Assembly (NCBI GenBank): GCA_963718615.1
Contig: OY970368.1
Coordinates: forward strand, 2,624,001 to 2,688,000
Length of the DNA stretch: 64,000 bases
Reading direction: 5' to 3'
From: an uncultured cyanobacterium
GTDB lineage: Bacteria; Cyanobacteriota; Cyanobacteriia; PCC-9006; JAAUQQ01
Made by a program: the position numbers and the translations under genes. Below the pieces are notes generated by a model. It had not been told where the DNA came from. It did no database searches and worked only from the letters and a program-made list of their open reading frames with translations. Below are positions 38,431-46,988 of the stretch, one piece after another (positions within the stretch are counted from its first letter, which is position 1; each line of letters opens with the position of its first letter).

Positions 38431-41400
38431 TTAATGAGCGACTAGGGAAGGAGAGTTATTCATCAGTCCACCCACTTGGAAATAAACATCAACCATTGCC
38501 ATCTCATGGCCCACTGTTGAACGAGCGCTACTGCGTTCACCGAGCAGATTGCCCTGGGCATCGAGGTTGAACTGGCTGGTGTAGTCCACTTTGAGGGATT
38601 CGATGCCTGCTTCAGCCAAGGACTTCAGTTCGCCGGATTCAGTCAGGGCATTTTCATTGAGATCTTGCCAGACCCGCAGTTGGCTAAAGTTGGTATCAGA
38701 AGCATTGACCCAACCATCGCCGTTGCTATCAAAACTGGCCAGTTTGGCAAATCCTTCGCCCACGCTGCCACCGAAGAGCTCGGAACGATCGTCGATTTGA
38801 CCATTGCCATTGTTGTCGATTGCCAGGAAACCATCTTGACCCGAAAGCCAACCGGTTTGAACTTTCTCGCCCGTATTCAGCAGGTCGAAGGTAATGCCCC
38901 GCTCCAAGCTGAGGGTTTGAATACCATCACCGTTGAGGTCGAGGGCGATCGGGCTGACAAATCCATAGGAGGTTTTGTCGTAGATTGAGACATCTAGATG
39001 ATCATTGCAGACCTTGTCCGAATCTGCTGAAACCACTTTCATCGAAAAGGTTTCGGTACCTTCAAAGTAGCCTGCACTATTGCCCGCATCGCGATCGACC
39101 GTGACTCGTTCTTTCCAGGTTTGGACTTGGAACGAATTGGATACGGACTGACCGGCTGCTACTTTGACGGTGACTGTATTGTCCGAAGCAATTTTACCGT
39201 TTTGGTAGAGGGTGAAATCCCAGCTGGCATCGGATGGGCCGACCATGGGGCGATCGGAACCCACCGTTCCATTGGAGACTCGGTTATAAACGTTGTAAAG
39301 CCATCTACCACCAACGCCTTGGCGAACGTCGTAATAGCCGCCCCACATGATGTTCTGGTTGCCTGCCCATTGATCAACCCGTTTGGCGGAACCGTTGTCT
39401 ACTTGGATGGTGAAGTAGCGATCGCGATCGCTCACCTCATCCAATTGAATATAATAGTTGCCTTGGCTCCCTTCATTAATCCCACTGGTTCCCACCAGCT
39501 TGGCGCAGACGGGTTCGCGTACAATGCCCGCATCCAGCGTCGAATTGTATTCACCGGGAGCCAGCACTACGGTTTGGGTCATGCCGGTGCTGGGGTGAAC
39601 ATCGGAGTCGAGGGTGTCGTCGTTACTACCGGAAAAGGCGACTAGCTTAATGTCATCCAGATGCGCACCGCGACCATAGGCCAGGGCTGTGCCGGTGGAC
39701 AGGAATTCGAGTTGTTTGGTAGAACCATCGCCTTCGAAGCTAACCGTATAGGTTTTCCAGTTGTAGCCGGAATTGTCGGAACCATCCTCATGAACGGCAA
39801 GCAGCGTTGACCCATCTAGGCGCACTTCCATGGCATTGACATCCGCATCGTAGCCGGGACGCGGTGCATATTGGAAGGTGAGAGTATATTGCTTGCCAGC
39901 TTCGGTGGCCACATCGCGATAGATTTGACTGGCGTCGTTGTAGTAGTCGATGGCGTCATCGTTGAGTTCGATGTGGTTGCGGCCATCGGCGGAGTCGCTG
40001 GTGCGAATTTCGAGATAACCATCTTTGGATTTCCAACCTTCTAGGGGAGCAGCAACAAAACCGTTAGTATTGGTTGTTTCAAAGCTCGATTCAAAGATGA
40101 CTGTGGAAGAACTTTCAGCGGCGTTGGCTTGGGTAAACTGGTAACCGTTAGGGAGGTTGGTGAAAGTAACTTTGTATTCTTCACCGGCATTGAGATGATC
40201 AAAGCGGTAGTTGCCATTGGCATCGGTCACCGTAGTTGCTGTGGTGTCATCGCTATTGCCAATTACACCATCAGCACCGCCCCCAGTCAGGATGACCTTA
40301 ACCCCTTGAACGCCTTGCTCGCCAGTATCCTGAATTCCGTCTTTGTCGGTGTCATACCAGACGCGATCGCCTAAACTCGCAGGCTTCGCCACAATTCCCG
40401 CATCCAGCGTCGGATTATGCTCACCGGATAAGAGGGTCACAATTTGAGTTTTCCCATTGACCGGATTGGCATCAGAATCTAATCCATCGTTGCTGCCCGC
40501 ATCCGCTTGGGTAAATCCATAACCACTCGGTAAGTGATCAAACTGAACCTGATATTCTTCACCAACATTAAGCTGCTCAAATTTGTAGTAACCGTTGGTA
40601 TCGGTCGTTGTGGTCGCAACGGTATCATCCGCATTGCCAATGATGCCATCTGCACCGCCACCGACCAGTGTGACTTGAATGTCGGCAACCCCTTTTTCGT
40701 TGTCATCTTGGATGCCGTCTTGGTCGGTGTCGTACCAAACGCGATCGCCCAAACTCGCCTTCCGATAAAACCCTGAATCAATCGTGGTATTATTTTCACC
40801 CGGTGCTAGGGTCACAACCTCGGACAACAACCCATCCGAATCAATCGCATCATTACCGCCTTGATCCACCGGACTTGCGAAATCAAATCCCTCAGGGGTT
40901 TCAACCTGAACTTTGTAATTGCCTGCAATCACAGTAAATGAATAATTGCCATTCGAGTCAGTCGTTGTAGAAGCAATAATTTCGTTAGGTGCGATCGCGC
41001 CATCCCCATTGATGTCCGCCAGCAGATTTACCGTTGTGCCAGCGATACCGGTTTCTCCAGCCTCTTGAATTCCGTTGGCATTGCGATCTTCAAAGACGCG
41101 ATCGCCCAACTTCGAAAGCGCCACCGCTGCAAACATAATCTGGGCGTCCGGCAGACCATCGCCGCTCATCTCCGGCACGATCAAAACCCCCATTTTTTGC
41201 CCAAACCCCGGAACAAAACCTTCTCCATGAACTTTTGCCGCGTTGACAATTTCATCCACACGGTTTTGTTTCCACAGCGTCCCCTCAGAACCAACACCGA
41301 CCGTCGAATTTGTATCGTCAATCAGTGTCCAAATTGCTCGCTGTACATCAGCGAATGTATAGTTGCCATAACCACCAAGAGAAGCTTGGCCAGCAAAATC

Positions 41401-41751
41401 CTGGTTAATAATCCAGTTGAGCAAATCTAGATTTTCGGACTTTTCGATCAGGCCCGGACCCATCAGTTCTGTGGGAAGTGGCTCATAGCTTGAATAGACT
41501 TTAGCTGTATAGCTATCACCTACTTCGTCGGGATCAACGACACCATTGCGATTGTTGTCGAGTTCAAAATCAATGGGGCGATCGGTATCAATACAATAGC
41601 CATCAAATGTACCATTCAGAATTCCACCATTAGTAATGACCAGATCCACATAGCTTTCTAAGCCAGAAGCCTGAGGATGAGCGTAGGAGTAAATAACTTT
41701 CTGGAGAGTAACTTGATTGGGCAATGCGGCACTGAGTTGTTCAATAGTCAT
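38431..41751 (-). CDS. Multidomain adhesin: putative thioester domain, 3 SdrD-B repeats, DUF642-like lectin domain, Calx-beta-like domain, FrpC-type SPM
   Basis: YCID (Cys53), VQRAIW, AQIMF; LGDRV(F/W).D.N/D.DGIQD repeats; SPIALDLNGDGIQT...SELFG...LRVWQD. Confidence 0.8.
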   Translation of the reverse strand: MTIEQLSAALPNQVTLQKVIYSYAHPQASGLESYVDLVITNGGILNGTFDGYCIDTDRPIDFELDNNRNGVVDPDEVGDSYTAKVYSSYEPLPTELMGPGLIEKSENLDLLNWIINQDFAGQASLGGYGNYTFADVQRAIWTLIDDTNSTVGVGSEGTLWKQNRVDEIVNAAKVHGEGFVPGFGQKMGVLIVPEMSGDGLPDAQIMFAAVALSKLGDRVFEDRNANGIQEAGETGIAGTTVNLLADINGDGAIAPNEIIASTTTDSNGNYSFTVIAGNYKVQVETPEGFDFASPVDQGGNDAIDSDGLLSEVVTLAPGENNTTIDSGFYRKASLGDRVWYDTDQDGIQDDNEKGVADIQVTLVGGGADGIIGNADDTVATTTTDTNGYYKFEQLNVGEEYQVQFDHLPSGYGFTQADAGSNDGLDSDANPVNGKTQIVTLLSGEHNPTLDAGIVAKPASLGDRVWYDTDKDGIQDTGEQGVQGVKVILTGGGADGVIGNSDDTTATTVTDANGNYRFDHLNAGEEYKVTFTNLPNGYQFTQANAAESSSTVIFESSFETTNTNGFVAAPLEGWKSKDGYLEIRTSDSADGRNHIELNDDAIDYYNDASQIYRDVATEAGKQYTLTFQYAPRPGYDADVNAMEVRLDGSTLLAVHEDGSDNSGYNWKTYTVSFEGDGSTKQLEFLSTGTALAYGRGAHLDDIKLVAFSGSNDDTLDSDVHPSTGMTQTVVLAPGEYNSTLDAGIVREPVCAKLVGTSGINEGSQGNYYIQLDEVSDRDRYFTIQVDNGSAKRVDQWAGNQNIMWGGYYDVRQGVGGRWLYNVYNRVSNGTVGSDRPMVGPSDASWDFTLYQNGKIASDNTVTVKVAAGQSVSNSFQVQTWKERVTVDRDAGNSAGYFEGTETFSMKVVSADSDKVCNDHLDVSIYDKTSYGFVSPIALDLNGDGIQTLSLERGITFDLLNTGEKVQTGWLSGQDGFLAIDNNGNGQIDDRSELFGGSVGEGFAKLASFDSNGDGWVNASDTNFSQLRVWQDLNENALTESGELKSLAEAGIESLKVDYTSQFNLDAQGNLLGERSSARSTVGHEMAMVDVYFQVGGLMNNSPSLVAH

Positions 41752-41972
41752 GGGAAGCTGCTAGTCAAAAACTAAGCGTTAATGTTGAATAAGCATCTGA
41801 GTGATCGATGAAGCGACTTTCTAAGTTTTGAAAGGGCGATCGCTCAGAGCCAGCGAAAAAGACCGGAATTTCTTCTTTCAATTCAAAGGAATTGCCTATA
41901 GAGAAGCATCTTGTGCATTGGCCGGATGGAATAACTGAGAAGCAATGCACAAGCGGCTTCCAAGTGAAGGTT

Positions 41973-42194
41973 TTAACCTTTGCGTTGGCGAGCGCGAATT
42001 ACCTTCTGGGCAACAAATCCACCACCCAAAATCAAACCTGCCATTGCAGAGGGCTCCGGTACAGACTGAGGCATAGGAGTTGTAGGCTCACATCCTGGCA
42101 ATCCGACTTCACAGGTACCATTTGCCGAAGCACTGGGAGCGATAGAAGCGATTGCACTCACAACAACAGTAGCCAAAACAATTTTCTTCAACAT
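41973..42194 (-). CDS. Micro PEP-CTERM protein (73 aa)
   Basis: GGAG RBS; signal peptide ending ASA; VPEPS + TM + basic tail. Confidence 0.85.
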   Translation of the reverse strand: MLKKIVLATVVVSAIASIAPSASANGTCEVGLPGCEPTTPMPQSVPEPSAMAGLILGGGFVAQKVIRARQRKG

Positions 42195-42325
42195 GATGGG
42201 AACTCCAGTAATTTAGAACTTAGCTCCCTGACTCTCATGCTTAATTTATAACACCTACGTATATGAACTGCCGTAAATCTGCGATGAAAATAGGTGGTGT
42301 TTCTAGTCGTATAAACTCGGTATTT

Positions 42326-42340
42326 TTCCGTGATTCTACG
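42326..42340. promoter_or_regulatory. Candidate operator TTCCGTGATTCTACG upstream of the micro PEP-CTERM gene
   Basis: 14/15 identical to 21378-21392; weaker CGTA-containing variants at about 42257, 42271 and 42307. Confidence 0.4.
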
Positions 42341-42615
42341 AACTTTTTAGAGGGATAAAAAGAGTCTACGCATTTTGGAGATTTGGTCGCTGTCGAAGAA
42401 TTTCTAAAGCCAGCAGAATGGCGGTTGATGCTGTTTTCTTTGTTGGGAGCAAGTTGCATCCTAAGTTTCGAGACGATGCTTCTGACAGAGATTTTGAAGG
42501 GCCAAAGCAGTGCTATCTAGCACTGCTTTGGCTCAACGAAGTAGGATCCGCTAGGGGCCTATGCCGAGCAATCGCGGATCCTTATACTCACTGGCGCTTA
42601 AAATCCAGCTAGAAT

Positions 42616-45600
42616 CTAACCGATAAACTCAAAGCTAGGGCTAGAGAGACTGAGGTTAGTATTGCCCTTGAAGACGGCGATCGCATCCCGACTCTTGTCG
42701 GCATCATTCCCCAGGCAATAGAGGATACTAGAACCTTGAGCCAGATCGGTCTCTATCACATACTGGTTGGCAGGACCATGGAGCACCACAACATCCTCAC
42801 CGACCGTGAAGTCATTGAGAATCGCAAAGTCGCCCCATGCCCCCCCAAAGTAGTAGGAGGTGTCCGTATTGGCGAGGACAAAGCGATCGCGTCCTGCCCC
42901 ACCCGTTAAATTGTCCACTTCCCACTTGCCGAGGGCAACATCGTCGGTCCCATTGAGAATATCGTTGCCGTTGCCGCCATAGAGATGATCGTTGCCTACA
43001 CCCCCTGTCAAACAGTCATCGCCATCCAGGGCTTTGATCTGGTCATTGCCGCCCAGGCCAAAGATATCGTCAGCCCCGTTAGTACCGGTCAGCGGCCAGT
43101 CGGCTTGTTCAGTTCCTAGAATTTTGGTTTTACCCCCCGCCTGAAGTTTGACGATCCCTGCATCCACAGTGCTGTTGAATTCTCCGATGGCAAGGGAAAT
43201 AATCCCCGTCATGCCTGAGACCGGATTAGCATCGGAGTCCAGGGCCTCGTTGCTGCCCACATTGGCCGTGGTCAGGCCAAAGCCATTCGCGACATTGCTA
43301 AAGGTGACTTTATAATTGCCAGCAGCGAGCTGATCAAAACCATAGTAGCCACTGTCTCCCACAACTTGGCTGCGGCTAAGGTCATCCGCTGTGCCAAAGG
43401 TAGCGTCTTGGCCTGCCCCGGTTAGGGTCACGCGCACCCCCCCGAAACCGCCTTCACCGTGGTCGTGGAGACCATTGCCATTCTCGTCGAGAAAGACACG
43501 GTTGCCGATGAAACCGGTTTTCGGATCAACGGGAGCCTGACGAACAACCCCAGCATCCACATTGGAGAGGAACTGCCCCAGTGTTAAGTTGATAACATCC
43601 GTAATCCCAGTGCTGGGATTGGCATCGGAATCGATATTCTCGTTAATCCCAACATTGGCAGACGTAAAGCTTAAACCGTCGGGCAGTTTGCTAAAGGCGA
43701 CCTTGTATTGACCCGCTGCTAAATTACTGAAACCGTAGTAACCACCATTACCGGTGACTTGACTGCGGATCACGTCATCAGCCGTGCCAAAGGTGCCGTC
43801 TTGACCGGCCCCAGCAAGCGTTACATGGATGCCATCTACACCGCCTTCGCTGCCATCGAGCACGCCGTTTTGGTTCGCATCTAGGAACACTCGGTTGCCG
43901 ATAAAACCGGTTTTGGGATCCACTGTGGTCGATTTGATGACCCCAGCATCGACATTCACTAAGGACTGACCCGGAGCCAGGTTAATCCCTGCCGTCATTC
44001 CTGTTGTCGGGTCAGCATCGGAGTCCAGATTTTCATCCCCACCAACATTCGGTGCGGTAAAGGCCAGACCATTCGGCAGGTCGCTAAAGGTCACCTTATA
44101 GTTGCCGGCTGCGAGCTCACCAAAGCCATAATAGCCGCCTGTCGCGGTCACTTGACTGCCCACAGTGACATCATCAAAGGTGCCAAAAGTACCGTCTTGG
44201 CCTGCACTGCTCAAGGTAACCCGAACCCCAGCCGCACCGCCTTCGGTGCTGTCGAGGCGACCATTAGCGTTTTCATCAAAGAATACACGGTTGCCGATAA
44301 AACCCGTTTTAGGATCTACAGGGGTAGTTTCCTTCACGGTTACGGATACTGTGGCATCGCTAATTTCGCCGTTGCCATCGGTGATGTGATAAGCAAAGAC
44401 ATCATTGCCCACAAAACCAGCATTAGGCGTATAGGAAACGGTGCCATCGTCATTGAGAATCACCGTACCGTTGACAGGTTGTCCCAGGGAGGAAACGGTC
44501 AAGGCATCGCCATCGGGGTCACTGTCATTGCTGAGCACGTTGATGCTGATACGTTCGCCTTTGTTGGTAGAAGCCGTGTCGTTTTTGGCGATCGGTGCAC
44601 GATTTCCCTGGGTGACATTGATCGTGATCTGGGCAATATCAGTCCCACCATTGCCATCACTAATTTGATAGGCCAGGGTGTCATTGCCAACAAATCCCGC
44701 ATTGGCGGTATATTTGATTTGATTATCAATCACCGCAGCAGTACCATTCACCGGACCCGTACCCATGATTTCAATAATGCTGAGGGGATCATTATCAGGG
44801 TCGATGTCATTCCCCAAAGCATCAATTGTGACTATTCCGCCCGATTCTACGGAAGCAAAGTCATCGATCGCATCTGGACGACCATTCACATTGAAAACAT
44901 CAACGGTAACCGTCGCATCATTGGTCACGCCATTGCTATCAATGATGTGATAGCTGAAGGTATCGGTTCCTACGAAGCCTTCATTGGGCGTATAAGAAAC
45001 CGTTCCATCATTGTTGAGATTGACAAAGCCATTGGCACCGTCGGCGAGAGAAGAAAGAAAGATTTCATCGCCATCAGGATCACTATCATTGGCTAATACG
45101 TCGATCGTGACGGTCTGACCTTGATTGGTTCCGGCAAAGTCATCTTGGGCATCAGGCGCACGGTTGGGTTGGCCCTGTCCCGTTACATGAATTCTTGCCG
45201 TTGCGGTATCGACGCCGCCTTTACCGTCAGAAATTCCATAGGAAAAAGAGACCTCTTGAACTTCACCATCATTGAGATAATCAAACTCTCCTTTTGCATC
45301 AAAGTCAATGCGTCCATCGGCGCTCACAAAAACTGCACCTTGGGACAATTTCACCCACTGCCCCGAACCCATGCTTGTTCCATTGACCTGGATGACACTG
45401 AGGGAATTCCCATCGGGATCACTATCGTTGCTCAGCAAATTAACGCCGTCAAAAACGCCACCCGTTTCCGTCTCACTGAACGTAAATTTATCATCATTGG
45501 CATTTGGTGCACGGTTTTCGGCAATATCTTTAACCGTGACATGGAGCAGTTGCGTATCCGTGTAGCCCGCTACATCTTTGACTTGTACCTTCACGTCATA

Positions 45601-45906
45601 GACGTTGTTTTTGCCGTAGTCTAGCGGATTTTCGTAGTCTGGGGCAGTCTTAAAATAGAGTTTGCCATTGCGAGCGTCAATTTCAAATAGGTGGGCATCT
45701 GAGCCGCCAATGATGCTATAGGTCAAGCGGCCATTAGATTCAGTGCTAACCGTATCGTAGGTTTCAACATCGGTGACCAGACGATTATTTTCATTGATAT
45801 GAACGCTAGCTTCACTGCCGCCACCGTTACTTGTAATTTGAGGTTTATCACTGCCGAAAAAGCTTCCGAAAGTCATGAGTGTGTTTGTCATTAGATTAGA
45901 GAACAC
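42616..45906 (-). CDS. Large adhesin: cadherin, 4 cadherin-like/Big repeats, 3 SdrD-B repeats, RTX tail
   Basis: APDYENPLD; NRAP.A.DD...NDSDPDGD units; IGNRVF.D.N.NG; GG.G.D repeats. Confidence 0.87.
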   Translation of the reverse strand: MFSNLMTNTLMTFGSFFGSDKPQITSNGGGSEASVHINENNRLVTDVETYDTVSTESNGRLTYSIIGGSDAHLFEIDARNGKLYFKTAPDYENPLDYGKNNVYDVKVQVKDVAGYTDTQLLHVTVKDIAENRAPNANDDKFTFSETETGGVFDGVNLLSNDSDPDGNSLSVIQVNGTSMGSGQWVKLSQGAVFVSADGRIDFDAKGEFDYLNDGEVQEVSFSYGISDGKGGVDTATARIHVTGQGQPNRAPDAQDDFAGTNQGQTVTIDVLANDSDPDGDEIFLSSLADGANGFVNLNNDGTVSYTPNEGFVGTDTFSYHIIDSNGVTNDATVTVDVFNVNGRPDAIDDFASVESGGIVTIDALGNDIDPDNDPLSIIEIMGTGPVNGTAAVIDNQIKYTANAGFVGNDTLAYQISDGNGGTDIAQITINVTQGNRAPIAKNDTASTNKGERISINVLSNDSDPDGDALTVSSLGQPVNGTVILNDDGTVSYTPNAGFVGNDVFAYHITDGNGEISDATVSVTVKETTPVDPKTGFIGNRVFFDENANGRLDSTEGGAAGVRVTLSSAGQDGTFGTFDDVTVGSQVTATGGYYGFGELAAGNYKVTFSDLPNGLAFTAPNVGGDENLDSDADPTTGMTAGINLAPGQSLVNVDAGVIKSTTVDPKTGFIGNRVFLDANQNGVLDGSEGGVDGIHVTLAGAGQDGTFGTADDVIRSQVTGNGGYYGFSNLAAGQYKVAFSKLPDGLSFTSANVGINENIDSDANPSTGITDVINLTLGQFLSNVDAGVVRQAPVDPKTGFIGNRVFLDENGNGLHDHGEGGFGGVRVTLTGAGQDATFGTADDLSRSQVVGDSGYYGFDQLAAGNYKVTFSNVANGFGLTTANVGSNEALDSDANPVSGMTGIISLAIGEFNSTVDAGIVKLQAGGKTKILGTEQADWPLTGTNGADDIFGLGGNDQIKALDGDDCLTGGVGNDHLYGGNGNDILNGTDDVALGKWEVDNLTGGAGRDRFVLANTDTSYYFGGAWGDFAILNDFTVGEDVVVLHGPANQYVIETDLAQGSSILYCLGNDADKSRDAIAVFKGNTNLSLSSPSFEFIG

Positions 45907-46456
45907 GGTTGATGCACCAACCTTTTATGAAAACCCCAACCCATGTTTGACGATTTGACGATTTGCGATCGCCAAATCAAGCACCCTCTTGCGTACCCTC
46001 TTGCATTGACATATAAGCCATCAAACTCACCCAATTCACAGCAATAAGGAGATGGTTTTAGGCTGAAATTGTCTGCCTCTTCAATGCGAAGGCTTACTGA
46101 TGTAACACTGAAATAGTATCAGCTTTAGCCAAATTCGGTAAAATCTCTAACACTTTTCCATAATATGCTTATTCTATCGAAATCAGTTTATAGACTCCTT
46201 GTTCTGCAAGCTTTTTGGGCTTCTGATGTAATATTTTTTATGGACAACAATTGTCGATCTCAAAATTACTTTGAAACACTTAAATAGAACTTTAAACTAC
46301 ACAGGCTTTGAATGAAGTCTCTTGCAATTTCTCATGATTTAACAGGAGCAGTGATGGTGAATTTACGCGAAAGAGCCAAAGGCCGTACTCCAAGAAATTG
46401 CCTTCGGCCTTAAAACAAAGAATTCTAGCGAGGCACAAGACGTTTGCAGATTTCAG

Positions 46457-46690
46457 TTACGTCAGATCGGCCCAAGCAGCAACGACCAACTCACTCAACC
46501 AGGCTCGTTCTTGAGGATCCAAGAGCGTATCTTCCTCAAGCAACTCAGCTTTCAGCTCTTCGAGGGTCCTGCCCTGGGATTGCGCCAGACGAATGACCCC
46601 AGCGATCGCGCTAGCCACCACTTCAGCATCGATAGGACCCTGCCGGAGGGCCAGAATTTCTTGGGACGTTGCAGGGATTGAAGGGTCCAT
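46457..46690 (-). CDS. Small acidic hypothetical protein
   Basis: 77 aa; AIAGVI..A.SQG.TLEEL.AE.L.ED resembles a conserved cyanobacterial family. Confidence 0.7.
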   Translation of the reverse strand: MDPSIPATSQEILALRQGPIDAEVVASAIAGVIRLAQSQGRTLEELKAELLEEDTLLDPQERAWLSELVVAAWADLT

Positions 46691-46939
46691 TAGACGTTGA
46701 TCACACCAACCTAAAGTGAAAGAATCTAGCTCGCTACAATTATGAGAGGCTGCAACGTTTGTTCATACATCGAGTGATTGACAGATTACCGTAATCTTGA
46801 CGGCTGTCAAGAATTTAACTCAGAAAATCTCCTCTTGGGTCTAAGTGGGTGAGGCTTGCTTCCAGTGACTGGCTTCCAGTGTGCTCCCAAGGCAAAGGCG
46901 TCTGGTCTCCCAAACGCCCCGCGAAATCCAGCAAAGTTT

Positions 46940-46970
46940 GTAGGTTGGGTTGAGCCTTGCGAAACTCAAC
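46940..46970. repeat. GTAG-type REP-like element, copy C
   Basis: GTAGgttgggttgagccttgcgaaactcaac. Confidence 0.7.
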
Positions 46971-46988
46971 AGATTAAATTCACAATCC

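Noticed and set aside
44152-45096. 314-aa and other + strand ORFs opposite the adhesins (also 17.5-20.3 kb and 38.6-41.4 kb)
   Set aside because: Antisense shadows of repetitive Asp/Gly/Thr-rich coding sequence.
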